From the sequence record DRR378314_2666: a stretch of 48,273 nucleotides of DNA. One strand, 5' to 3'. The translations under genes were made by a program, and so were the position numbers. Position 1 is the stretch's first letter. Each line of letters starts with the position of its first letter. This document shows positions 37,241-46,848 of the stretch, piece by piece. The notes under the pieces are model-generated. The model saw only the letters and a list, made by a program, of their open reading frames with translations. It had not been told where the DNA came from and did no database searches.

Positions 37241-37915
37241 TTACAACCCCTGCAATACCGGCTTGCCGCCCGCGATCACCCCTTTGATCAGCTTCAACCC
37301 CTTGGCCTGTGCCGCGCGATCCCCGAAACGGTCATTTGATACAACGGGCATGCTGTTTTCCTTGGCGAATTTCAACAGAAACGCATCCGCTTCGGTTTGT
37401 GCAGGGCAGACCATGATCTGATCGCGGGTCACCCCCAGCGCCTTGGCAAAGCCGTTCTGGTTCAGCGATTTATCCCCCAGATGATGGCGCGACGAGGCAT
37501 CAAGAAAGACAAAAGGGGACAAGTTTTTCGCCCGCAGCTTATCAACGACCGCCCGCAATGTGCGCAGGTCCGCTTCGCCATCCCAGAACATCACATTGGT
37601 GCCGTCAATCACCACGCCGGGCAGATCGTTTTTGCGTTTGGGTTTCTTTGCCAGCGGCTGGGTCTTGGTCACCGGCTCTGCCCGCCGCAGCGCCATTGCG
37701 GCCAGCCACGCGGTGAATATGACTCCGCCCGCCACGCCCCAGTAAAACAGGTTGGCCCCCTCAAACGGATATCCACGCAAGAAATAAGCCCCAATCGCGG
37801 CTGTCAGCCCCAGCGTCACCCACAAGATCCGCGACAGGCAAAAGACATAGCCGACAAAAGCCAGCAGTAGAATAACGGGGGTAAGGATCTCAATTGGTGT
37901 CACGGGGGTCTCCAT
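37241..37915 (-). CDS. Membrane-anchored NYN/Zc3h12a(Regnase)-like PIN-fold ribonuclease
   Basis: Three N-terminal hydrophobic segments, then 'VVIDGTNV', 'FLDAS', 'EADAFLL', 'VVSNDRFGD'. Confidence 0.75.
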   Translation of the reverse strand: METPVTPIEILTPVILLLAFVGYVFCLSRILWVTLGLTAAIGAYFLRGYPFEGANLFYWGVAGGVIFTAWLAAMALRRAEPVTKTQPLAKKPKRKNDLPGVVIDGTNVMFWDGEADLRTLRAVVDKLRAKNLSPFVFLDASSRHHLGDKSLNQNGFAKALGVTRDQIMVCPAQTEADAFLLKFAKENSMPVVSNDRFGDRAAQAKGLKLIKGVIAGGKPVLQGL

Positions 37916-38031
37916 CTAAGTCCGACCGGTGATAGGGATCAATATTGGCAAGCTTATGGCGTAAATGAAATCGCCCTTGCCCCTCCCTTGCCAGTTTTGC
38001 CACAAAGGCCTGAACACTAAAGGAACCGCTC

Positions 38032-39324
38032 ATGGTCGATATCGCCTCCCGCGTCTGGAACCACAAATGGAAGATCGACCCGATTGTGCGGTCTCTGATC
38101 GATACGGATTTCTATAAGCTGTTGATGTGTCAGTCTATTTTCCGCAATAAACCTGATACACAGGTTACTTTCAGCCTGATCAACCGGTCCAAACACGTGC
38201 CGCTGGCCAAACTGATCGACGAAGGCGAATTGCGCGAACAGCTTGATCATGTGCGCTCTCTCAGCCTCAGTCGGGGCGAATCCACCTGGCTGCGCGGCAA
38301 TACCTTCTACGGCAAACGCCAGATGTTCCGCCCCGATTTCATGGAATGGTTCGAGGGGCTGCGCCTGCCGCCCTACCATCTGGAACGCAAGGGCGATCAA
38401 TACGAACTGACGTTTGAAGGTAAATGGCACGAGGTCATGTTGTGGGAAATTCCCGCGCTGGCGATCCTGATGGAACTGCGTGGCCGCGCTGTATTGGACA
38501 CGATGGGCAAATTCGAACTGCAAGTGCTCTACGCGCGGGCCATGACCCGTGTCTGGGAAAAGATAGAGACATTGCGCGAGGTCCCCGATCTGTCGATCGC
38601 TGATTTCGGCACCCGGCGCCGCCATTCCTATCTGTGGCAGGACTGGTGCGTGCAAGCGATGAGCGAAGGTCTGGGCAGCGCTTTTACCGGCACATCAAAT
38701 TGCAAAATCGCGATGAGCCGCGAGGTAGAGGCGATCGGCACCAACGCGCATGAATTGCCAATGGTTTATGCGGCCCTTGCCGCTGATGATGCCGCCCTTG
38801 CAAAGGCACCCTATGATGTTTTGCAGGACTGGCATGACGAACATGAAGGCAACCTGCGCATCATCCTGCCCGACACCTATGGCACCAAGGGGTTCCTTGA
38901 AAACGCCCCTGACTGGCTGGCCGGTTGGACTGGCATCCGCGTGGACAGCGGTGATCCCGCGACTGCGGCGCAGATCGCCATCGACTGGTGGAAGTCACGT
39001 GGCGAAGATCCGGCGCAAAAGCGTGTGATCTTTAGCGACGGGCTGGATGTGGATAAGATCAAGACCCTGCACCGCGAATTTGCCGATAAGGTGAATGTCT
39101 CTTTCGGTTGGGGCACGCTGCTGACAAACGACTTCCGCAAACTGGTACCGGATGACGCCCTTGCGCCTTTCTCACTGGTCTGCAAGGCGGTGTCGGCGAA
39201 TGGCAATCCGACCGTCAAACTTTCCGACAACCCGAGGAAAGCCATGGGTCCCGCGGATGAAATCGCCCGTTACAAGCGAGTGTTCGGTGTGGGCGAACAA
39301 GAGGCACATGAGGTGGAGGTCTAG
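38032..39324 (+). CDS. pncB: Nicotinate phosphoribosyltransferase
   Basis: 'SLIDTDFYKLLM', 'ADFGTRRR', 'GTSN', 'GTNAHE', 'RVDSGDP', 'FSDGLD', 'VKLSDNP'. Confidence 0.96.
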   Translation: MVDIASRVWNHKWKIDPIVRSLIDTDFYKLLMCQSIFRNKPDTQVTFSLINRSKHVPLAKLIDEGELREQLDHVRSLSLSRGESTWLRGNTFYGKRQMFRPDFMEWFEGLRLPPYHLERKGDQYELTFEGKWHEVMLWEIPALAILMELRGRAVLDTMGKFELQVLYARAMTRVWEKIETLREVPDLSIADFGTRRRHSYLWQDWCVQAMSEGLGSAFTGTSNCKIAMSREVEAIGTNAHELPMVYAALAADDAALAKAPYDVLQDWHDEHEGNLRIILPDTYGTKGFLENAPDWLAGWTGIRVDSGDPATAAQIAIDWWKSRGEDPAQKRVIFSDGLDVDKIKTLHREFADKVNVSFGWGTLLTNDFRKLVPDDALAPFSLVCKAVSANGNPTVKLSDNPRKAMGPADEIARYKRVFGVGEQEAHEVEV

Positions 39325-39333
39325 GGGCGGGCT

Positions 39334-40221
39334 TTAGCCGGCGCGCAGCCGGCGTTCACGCCAGATGATGATTAGCCCGCCAAGGATGATCAACAAAGCA
39401 CCGGGAAACAACTCCGACCAGGGGGCTTCGTCATAAAACACCCAGCCAAGGACAAAGGCGACGGGAATGCCGAAATAGCTGAACGGTGCCAGATCACTTT
39501 GATCTGCCATCCGGTAGGCGGTGATCATCAGCAAGACGGCGGACCCGCCAAACACCCCCATGCCTGCGATCGCCAACAGATCAGACGGCGCGCGCAGCGG
39601 TGAGAACCCGCCAAGCAGCGGTACCAGCGCAAAAGCCCCAACGGCCGCAATAATCGAAGCATAAAGATTGATCAGTGCCGTTGGCACATCCTCATCCATC
39701 ATCCGTGCGGTGACACCAACCAAGGCATAACAAAATGCGGCAAACAGGGGCAGCAACGCCGCATTTGAGAATGTATCCCGCCCTGGCCCGACAACCAGAA
39801 CAACCCCCACAAAGCCGATCAGCACGGCACTCCAGCGCATCATGCCAACTTTTTCGCCCAGAAACGGCACGGCCAGCGCAACCAGAAACAGCGCATTGGC
39901 ATAGGTGATGGTGGAGGCCGTCGCAAAACTGAGCAACCCCAGCGACATATAGAACGTCAGCTGCGCAAAGGTCAGCATCACACCACGCAGCAGTGCCAAC
40001 CGCCATTGCCTGATCTTCAGGAACCGCCCTTCGCGATGCCACGCCGCTGATCCCCATAATGCCAGAGCTGATGGGATCAACCCGCAGAGGTTGCGATAGG
40101 CGGATAATTCAGCGGCGGTATAGGAGGCTGACAGATATTTGATCAGCAGGCCCATGGCATCAAAAAACACAATGGCGATGAGCGAATAAAGTATCGCAAG
40201 GGTGGTCTTGTTCAGCGGCAT
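39334..40221 (-). CDS. DMT/EamA family transporter
   Basis: 10 TM; 'LGEKVG..RW.AVLIGFVGV', 'LAPFSY'. Confidence 0.9.
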   Translation of the reverse strand: MPLNKTTLAILYSLIAIVFFDAMGLLIKYLSASYTAAELSAYRNLCGLIPSALALWGSAAWHREGRFLKIRQWRLALLRGVMLTFAQLTFYMSLGLLSFATASTITYANALFLVALAVPFLGEKVGMMRWSAVLIGFVGVVLVVGPGRDTFSNAALLPLFAAFCYALVGVTARMMDEDVPTALINLYASIIAAVGAFALVPLLGGFSPLRAPSDLLAIAGMGVFGGSAVLLMITAYRMADQSDLAPFSYFGIPVAFVLGWVFYDEAPWSELFPGALLIILGGLIIIWRERRLRAG

Positions 40222-40374
40222 AAGGATGCTCCGATGGATTTCAGAGATTCGTCAACCGAACAGCTCCTGCGCCAGTTTATGTGTGCTAATCACCAGATAT
40301 GCCAGCAATTGCGCGCTTTGGGATGCTATTCTGTCGTAAATCCGACTTGCGTTGGCAAAGGTGAAATGCGAAGT

Positions 40375-40580
40375 CTGAGGGGCTTGGTGTCCCGATGCAT
40401 GGGCGTTGTTCATGCGGGACCTAACAGGGAATTCAGTCAAGGCATCCGCCCCAAGCTGAAGCCGCCCCCGCGACTGTAAGCGGTGAGCCCGACCCGATAT
40501 GCCACTTGCCGACCGGATCTGATCCACGGCAGGGAAGGCGGGAAACGGCCACGACCCGCGAGCCAGGAGACCTGCCAGGC
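40375..40580 (+). ncRNA. Cobalamin riboswitch
   Basis: Conserved blocks AACAGGGAA (40423), GCCCCCGCGACTGTAA (40464), GCCACT (40501), GGGAAGGC (40532) and B12 box AGCCAGGAGACCTGCC (40561); upstream of cbtB/cob genes. Confidence 0.95.
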
Positions 40581-40626
40581 GAATGTGAATTAATAACCGT
40601 CGGGTGTGACGGTAAGGAGAGAAGAC

Positions 40627-40791
40627 ATGACGACACAGACAATGACCCGCAGCAAGCTGCGCATGATGCCCGCCCTTTTCGCTTTGGCGCTGGGGTTTGC
40701 AGTTATTTCACTGACCGGCCACGTTCAGGCTGCCGCTCTGCATGATGCCGCCCATGATGTGCGTCACGCCACAGGCTTCCCCTGCCACTAA
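40627..40791 (+). CDS. cbtB: Cobalt transporter subunit CbtB
   Basis: One TM plus 'HDAAHDVRHATGFPCH' signature; AGGAG RBS. Confidence 0.93.
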   Translation: MTTQTMTRSKLRMMPALFALALGFAVISLTGHVQAAALHDAAHDVRHATGFPCH

Positions 40792-40973
40792 GCAGACTGC
40801 CTTAACCGGGCCGGAAACATTGTCCTGGGTGTGTCGCGATGCGACGCGCCCTGTTGGCATTTTGGCGTCGCCTCACAATCATGTGTTTCCAACGGCCCCT
40901 TTGGCAGCAGCGGTGTTCGTCGTTCGCGGCTGAACGCGGTTTGTCTGCAGTTTCAAGCATAGGAGTTCATCCA

Positions 40974-41672
40974 ATGTATTCTCGTTTCATTATTTCCGCC
41001 CTTTTTGCTGGTGCCGCTGCAGGGCTGATCGCTGGCATCCTTCAATTGATCTTTGTCCAACCGGTTCTGCTGCATGCCGAACTGTATGAGTCAGGTGAAC
41101 TGGTTCACTTCGGGGCTGCTGCCGTGTCGGCCCACCCTGAATTGCCCGGTTTCGACGCCATGCGTGACGGTCTCAGCCTGATTTTCACCATGCTGACCTA
41201 TACCGGTTATGCGCTGATCATGGTTGCCCTGATGGGTATTGCCGAAGATCGTGGCGCACAGATCGACGCGCGCTCCGGCATCCTTTGGGGTGTTGCCGGG
41301 TTCGTCGCATTTCACTTTGCGCCCGGCTTTACGCTGGCCCCTGAAGTGCCCGGCGTGGCCGCCGCAGATGTCTCTGCCCGCCAGATCTGGTGGTTTGCAA
41401 CCGTTGTGACAGCCGGTGTCGCGCTTTGGTTGATCGCCTTTGGTCGCAACTGGGCCGCATGGGGTGTTGCCGCGATTCTTTTGATGGCACCTCATCTGAT
41501 CGGCGCGCCGGAACCGGATGTCTTTACCGGCCCTGTTCCCACTGAAATCGGCGCACTCTTCGCGGCCCGCGCCTTTGGCGTCGGCCTTGCCGCATGGGTG
41601 CTGCTGGGAAGTTTCGCCGGTTATTTCTGGCAACGCGAAGGTGCCCATGCTGACGCCACGGCCAATGCGTAG
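40974..41672 (+). CDS. cbtA: Cobalt transporter subunit CbtA
   Basis: 'PVLLHAELYE', 'LAPEVPG', 'RQIWW', 'PHLIGAP'; AGGAG before ATG 40974. Confidence 0.93.
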   Translation: MYSRFIISALFAGAAAGLIAGILQLIFVQPVLLHAELYESGELVHFGAAAVSAHPELPGFDAMRDGLSLIFTMLTYTGYALIMVALMGIAEDRGAQIDARSGILWGVAGFVAFHFAPGFTLAPEVPGVAAADVSARQIWWFATVVTAGVALWLIAFGRNWAAWGVAAILLMAPHLIGAPEPDVFTGPVPTEIGALFAARAFGVGLAAWVLLGSFAGYFWQREGAHADATANA

Positions 41673-41681
41673 GGCCTGGGC

Positions 41682-42173
41682 ATGAATCGTTCCCTTTCGC
41701 TTTTTGTCATCGGCCTGGTCTTTGGCGGTGGCATTGGTTTTACCATCGCCGCAGGCAATGGTGTGACCTTTGATGGTCATGACCACGGTACGCATCTGGC
41801 CGGTATGGACCACGACAACATGGATCACAGTGCGATGCATGACACCCCGGTCGATGTGCCCGCTGCAGATGCGCCCGGCTTGTCGGTGATGATCACACCG
41901 GACCCGATGGCCGGGTACAACCTGCATGTGATGACCGAGAATTTCACCTTTTCACCGGAACGCGCCAGCCTCGCCAATGTCACCGGCGAAGGCCATGCGC
42001 ATGTCTATATCAACGGTGAAAAGCTGGGCCGCCTCTATAACCCATGGATGCATCTTGCCGGGCTGCCGAAAGGCGAGGTCGAAGTCAGGGTCACCCTCAA
42101 CACCAATGATCATCGTCCCTTGGCGGTAAACGGCACCCCCGTTTCGGCCTTGCAGATGATCACTGTAGAATGA
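41682..42173 (+). CDS. His/Met-rich exported or membrane-anchored putative metal-binding protein
   Basis: N-terminal hydrophobic segment, 'HDHGTHLAGMDHDNMDHSAMH', 'GEGHAHVYING', 'NDH'. Confidence 0.75.
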   Translation: MNRSLSLFVIGLVFGGGIGFTIAAGNGVTFDGHDHGTHLAGMDHDNMDHSAMHDTPVDVPAADAPGLSVMITPDPMAGYNLHVMTENFTFSPERASLANVTGEGHAHVYINGEKLGRLYNPWMHLAGLPKGEVEVRVTLNTNDHRPLAVNGTPVSALQMITVE

Positions 42174-42183
42174 GGCCCGCCAG

Positions 42184-42558
42184 ATGACCGCAACCCTTTA
42201 CGTCTGCACCACCTGCCGCGCGGGTGAAACCCTTGACGAAGACGCGCCGCGCCCTGGCGCTTTACTGCATGCGGCGCTGACGCAGGAAGGGGCACCCGAC
42301 GACGTTGAGATTGTCGGTGTGTCCTGTCTTTCCGCCTGCTCTCAAGGGGCCGCTGTGGCCCTGTCGGAACCGGGCAAATGGACCTATGTCTACGGACGTA
42401 TGACCCATGAAAACGCCCCTGACATTCTCGCTGGTGCCGCCGCTTATGCCGCATCCAAAGACGGGCTGGTCCCCTGGCGCGAACGCCCCGTTGTGTTTCG
42501 CAAACAAAGCCTGGCCCGCGTCCCCCCTTTCAATATGCCTTCGGAGGCACTGACATGA
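42184..42558 (+). CDS. DUF1636 family Cys-rich putative metal-binding protein
   Basis: 'VCTTC', 'CLSAC', 'GKWTY..G', 'VPWRERP..FRK..LARVPP'. Confidence 0.85.
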   Translation: MTATLYVCTTCRAGETLDEDAPRPGALLHAALTQEGAPDDVEIVGVSCLSACSQGAAVALSEPGKWTYVYGRMTHENAPDILAGAAAYAASKDGLVPWRERPVVFRKQSLARVPPFNMPSEALT

Positions 42559-43589
42559 ACGACCTTTCCAAAATCCCCGTCACCGTGATTACCGGCTTCC
42601 TTGGTTCCGGTAAAACCACTCTGATCCGCCACCTGATGCGAAACGCCGGTGGCCGCCGTCTGGCCGTGCTGGTCAACGAATTCGGCACCGTGGGTGTTGA
42701 TGGCGATATCCTTAAATCCTGTGCGATCCCTGATTGCCCTGCTGAGAACATTGTCGAGCTGGCAAACGGCTGTATCTGTTGCACCGTGGCGGATGACTTT
42801 ATCCCGACGATTGAGGCGCTGATGGCGCTGCCGACCAAACCCGACCATATCCTGATCGAGACCTCCGGTCTGGCCCTGCCCAAACCCCTGCTCAAGGCGT
42901 TTGACTGGCCTGCGATCCGTTCCAAAATCACCGTTGACGGCGTGATCGCATTGGCCGATGCCGAAGCCGTTGCCGCCGGTCGCTTCGCCGCTGACGAACA
43001 TGCGGTTGATGAACAGCGCAAGGCTGATGACAGCATCGACCATGAAACACCTCTGTCCGAGGTGTTCGAAGACCAGATTTCCTGCGCCGACATCATCCTG
43101 ATGTCCAAGGCCGATCTTGCTGGCGAAACCGGCCTTGATGCTGCCCGCAAAGTGATCGAAGCCGAAAGCCCGCGCAGCATCCCGATCCTGTCGATGAGTG
43201 AAGGTGTGATTGACCCCAATGTGGTGCTTGGCCTGAACGCAAAGGCCGAAGACGACCTTGACGCGCGCCCCTCACATCATGACGGCCACGATGATCACGA
43301 ACATGACGATTTTGAAACCATCGTTGTGCCAATGCCGGAAGTCGATGACGTAGAGGCATTGGTTGCATCCATCGAAAAGCTGGCGAACGAACAGCATATC
43401 CTGCGCGTCAAAGGCTACGTGGCCGTTACCGGCAAACCCATGCGCCTGCTGGTGCAAGCCGTCGGTGCCCGCGTGCGTCAGCAGTTTGATCGCCCTTGGG
43501 GCAGCGATGCGCGTCAGGGGCATCTGGTGGTGATTGCGGAACACGACCACATCGACACCGCCGCCATTCGCGCCACACTGGGCGCGTGA
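42555..43589 (+). CDS. cobW: Cobalamin biosynthesis GTPase/cobalt metallochaperone CobW
   Basis: 'GFLGSGKT', 'GCICC', 'ETSG', His-rich 'HHDGHDDHEHDD'; upstream of cobN. Confidence 0.95.
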   Translation: MNDLSKIPVTVITGFLGSGKTTLIRHLMRNAGGRRLAVLVNEFGTVGVDGDILKSCAIPDCPAENIVELANGCICCTVADDFIPTIEALMALPTKPDHILIETSGLALPKPLLKAFDWPAIRSKITVDGVIALADAEAVAAGRFAADEHAVDEQRKADDSIDHETPLSEVFEDQISCADIILMSKADLAGETGLDAARKVIEAESPRSIPILSMSEGVIDPNVVLGLNAKAEDDLDARPSHHDGHDDHEHDDFETIVVPMPEVDDVEALVASIEKLANEQHILRVKGYVAVTGKPMRLLVQAVGARVRQQFDRPWGSDARQGHLVVIAEHDHIDTAAIRATLGA

Positions 43590-43593
43590 TAAA

Positions 43594-46500
43594 ATGCATG
43601 TCGTCTTTCGCGAAAGCCATGGGCTAGAGGATAGCGAGGCACCATTCGATCCGGGCCAAACCCCCGCTGATCTGGTGGTGCTGTCGTTCTCTGACAGTGA
43701 CCTTGGCGCTTTCGCGGCAGGCTGGCATCGCGGCGGCGGGACGGAGGGCAAACTGCCCACATTGCGCCTGTGCAACCTTACGGCGCTGCGCCATCCGGCG
43801 AGCGTCGATAACTATGTCGAACAGACCCTAACCGGGGCAAAAGGCATCCTGATCCGCCTGATTGGCGGTGAAAACTACTGGCCCTACGGCATCATGCAGG
43901 TGCAGGATTTTGCCCGGCGCAATGATATTGCGCTTGCCATTCTACCCGCTGATGGCCGCGAAGACCCGGCGCTTGATCAACATTCAACTCTGCCGGTTTC
44001 AACCCTGCGCCGTCTTTCGCATCTGTGTGACGCGGGCGGGACTGTGGCTGCACAGGCCGCCCTCGCACAGCTGGCGCTTGCCGCCGGTTTCTACGCCGGC
44101 CCCGTGACCGGCACCAAAACCGTGCCCACAGCAGGATACTACGACCCCGATCACGGCGTCGCCTTGCAGGGCCCGAACACCACTTCAGACACCGCACCGC
44201 TGATCGCCGTCACCTTCTACCGCAGCTACTTAACCGCTGCCGATACGGCACCGGTTGATGCCCTGATCCGCGAAATCCGCGCCCGTGGTTTTAACGCCAT
44301 GGGCCTCTTCGTGCCTTCCTTGAAAAACCCTGAAGGCCGCGCCTTTCTCGCGACCGCCCTCTTGGAACACCCGCCAACCGCGATCATCAACGCTACGGCA
44401 TTTTCCGGTCGTGGCGCGGACGGCACTTCGCCACTGGACGCCCCCGGCTGCCCCGTTTTCCAAGTCGCCCTGTCCACCGCACGCCAGAAGGAATGGGCCG
44501 CCTCCGAGCGTGGCCTTTCCCCAACCGATCTGGCTATGCACGTGGTTCTGCCGGAGGTCGACGGGCGTATTTTTTCCGGTGTGGTCAGCTTTAAAGCACC
44601 CGAGAAAAAAGACCCGCACCTTCAATATTCGCGGTTTTCCCACCGTGCCAACGGCGCGCGGATCAAATCCGTTGTTGACCGGATCGCGGGCTGGCACCGC
44701 CTTGCCACAACCCCCACCATCGCCCGAAAAATCGCGCTTGTCCTGTCCACCTATCCGGGCCGTGAAGATCAGATCGCCCATGCGGTTGGTCTTGATGCGC
44801 TGGCCTCGGCAGAGGATATGCTGCTGACGCTTGCAGGGGCGGATTACGCGGTTCACCCGCAGACTGGCTTTGGCAAATCACTGCCCCATACCACCATCGC
44901 ATGGCCAGTCAGTGCCTACGAGGCAGCACTTAGTCACCTCCCGCAGCAGCTTCAGGCCGATCTGAAAACCGCATGGCCCGATCCCACCACGGACCCGCTT
45001 TTTAAAGACGGGGCCTTTCACTTCCCGGCTCAAGCCTGTGGCAATGCCCTTGTGGCCCTGCAACCCGAACGCGGCGCGATTGACCAACGCGAAACCGATT
45101 ATCACGATCTCGCGCGTGTCCCGCGCCACAGCTATGTGGCCTTCTATCTTTGGCTGCGATCCCAAGGTATCCACGCTCTGGTTCACATCGGTGCGCATGG
45201 CACGCTGGAATGGCTGCCGGGCAAATCCGTGGCCCTGTCCGACGATTGCTGGCCCGAGGCGCTGACCGCTGATCTGCCAGTGATCTATCCGTTTATCGTC
45301 AATGATCCGGGCGAAGCGGCCCAAGCCAAACGCCGCATCGGTGCCGTGACCCTTGGCCATCTGCCACCCCCGATGAAAGACAGCGCCACGCCGAATGGTC
45401 TGCTGCAACTGGAACGCCTGCTGGATGAATATTCGACCGCCGACGGCCTTGACCCTGCCCGCCGCGACCGGTTGATCAATACCATCCGGGACGAGGCCCG
45501 CGCCGCCGGTGTGGCTGATGACCTTGGCATCACCGATGACACCTGCATGGCCGAAGCGATCACCCGCATCGACCGCTTTGTCTGTGACATCAAGGAATCG
45601 CAATACGGCGACGGGTTGCATACCTATGGCCTTGGAGCGGGCGAAACCGATGGGTTGCTTACCGCGCTGAACGGTGAACGTGTCGCTTCTGGCCCCTCTG
45701 GTTCACCCTATCGTGGTCGCTCTGATGTTCTGCCAACAGGGCGCAACCTATATGCCGTTGATCCGCGCAGCGTGCCGACCCGTGCGGCCCATGCCCAAGG
45801 TGTCAAACTGGCCGAAGAACTGATCCGGCGCCATTTGCAGGAGGAAGGCGACTATCCTCGCGGCCTTGTTGTTGACCTCTGGGGCAGTGCCACAATGCGC
45901 ACCGCCGGCGAAGAAATTGCCATGGCGCTGCACCTTGCCGGTCTATCGCCGAAATGGGACGCAGGCAGCGAGCGCGTCAGCGGGTTCGAGGTTCTGCCTC
46001 TGGCGCTGATCAACCGCCCGCGCATTGATGTCACGCTGCGCATCTCCGGCCTGTTCCGCGATGTTTTTCCCGCGCTTTCGCAACTCTTTGAGGCGGGTGC
46101 CCTTGCCCTGTCCGAGCGTGAAGAGGCGGCGGACATGAACCCCTATAAGGTGAAAACTCCGCGGGTCTTTGGCCCCAAACCGGGGCTTTATGGGATGAAC
46201 ATGGAAGCCGCGATGTTGGATTACTCCGACGAGGGGCGCAACGCGGCTGGGGCGGCATGGCTGAAAGCCTCTGAATGGTCCATCGACGCCCGTGGTGAGG
46301 CGACACAGAACCGTGCAGCGCTTGAGAACCGGCTGCAAAATGCTGACACCTTCGCGCATATTCAGGACCTGACTGAATCCGATGTTCTGCTGGCCTCGGA
46401 TTACGCCAGCCACGAGGGGGGATTTGCCGCCGCCATGGCCCATCTTGGCGCGTCCAAACCAGCCATGTATCACGTTGATACGACGAAAATCGGCACCCCG

Positions 46501-46848
46501 CGCGCCCGCACAATGGCCGAGGAAATCGCCCGCGTGGTGCGTGCCCGCGCTGCCAATCCGGATTGGGCCAGCGGCATGATGCGCCACGCGTTCAGGGGGG
46601 CAGCCGAGATTGCCGCGACCCTTGATAACCTTGCTGCCTTTGCACATCTCACGCGCGAAGTGCCAGCGCATTTGTTTGACCTCTATTATGACGCGACCCT
46701 TGGGCGTGACGATTTGGTGGCCTTTATGGAACGTGAAAACCCGGCGGCGCTGAAGGCCATGCAAGACCGCTTTGCCGCATTACGCGACGCAGGGCTTTGG
46801 GTGACACGTCGCAACTCCATCAGCGCCAAGATGGACGCCGCAGAATGA
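43594..46848 (+). CDS. cobN: Cobaltochelatase subunit CobN
   Basis: 'LPEVDGR', 'HIGAHGTLEWLPGKS', 'NDPGE..QAKRR', 'VLPTGRN', 'RPRIDVT.RISGLFRD'. Confidence 0.96.
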   Translation: MHVVFRESHGLEDSEAPFDPGQTPADLVVLSFSDSDLGAFAAGWHRGGGTEGKLPTLRLCNLTALRHPASVDNYVEQTLTGAKGILIRLIGGENYWPYGIMQVQDFARRNDIALAILPADGREDPALDQHSTLPVSTLRRLSHLCDAGGTVAAQAALAQLALAAGFYAGPVTGTKTVPTAGYYDPDHGVALQGPNTTSDTAPLIAVTFYRSYLTAADTAPVDALIREIRARGFNAMGLFVPSLKNPEGRAFLATALLEHPPTAIINATAFSGRGADGTSPLDAPGCPVFQVALSTARQKEWAASERGLSPTDLAMHVVLPEVDGRIFSGVVSFKAPEKKDPHLQYSRFSHRANGARIKSVVDRIAGWHRLATTPTIARKIALVLSTYPGREDQIAHAVGLDALASAEDMLLTLAGADYAVHPQTGFGKSLPHTTIAWPVSAYEAALSHLPQQLQADLKTAWPDPTTDPLFKDGAFHFPAQACGNALVALQPERGAIDQRETDYHDLARVPRHSYVAFYLWLRSQGIHALVHIGAHGTLEWLPGKSVALSDDCWPEALTADLPVIYPFIVNDPGEAAQAKRRIGAVTLGHLPPPMKDSATPNGLLQLERLLDEYSTADGLDPARRDRLINTIRDEARAAGVADDLGITDDTCMAEAITRIDRFVCDIKESQYGDGLHTYGLGAGETDGLLTALNGERVASGPSGSPYRGRSDVLPTGRNLYAVDPRSVPTRAAHAQGVKLAEELIRRHLQEEGDYPRGLVVDLWGSATMRTAGEEIAMALHLAGLSPKWDAGSERVSGFEVLPLALINRPRIDVTLRISGLFRDVFPALSQLFEAGALALSEREEAADMNPYKVKTPRVFGPKPGLYGMNMEAAMLDYSDEGRNAAGAAWLKASEWSIDARGEATQNRAALENRLQNADTFAHIQDLTESDVLLASDYASHEGGFAAAMAHLGASKPAMYHVDTTKIGTPRARTMAEEIARVVRARAANPDWASGMMRHAFRGAAEIAATLDNLAAFAHLTREVPAHLFDLYYDATLGRDDLVAFMERENPAALKAMQDRFAALRDAGLWVTRRNSISAKMDAAE

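Noticed and set aside
40839..40973. 45-aa N-terminal extension of cbtA
   Set aside because: A strong AGGAG precedes ATG 40974 and the extension does not resemble CbtA; treated as non-coding.
45943..46764. Long antisense ORFs (e.g. 45943-46764, 41091-41927, 32911-33789, 28159-28968, 11898-12749, 38017-38655)
   Set aside because: They are shadows of well-supported genes on the opposite strand, common in GC-rich DNA, and show no recognisable motifs.
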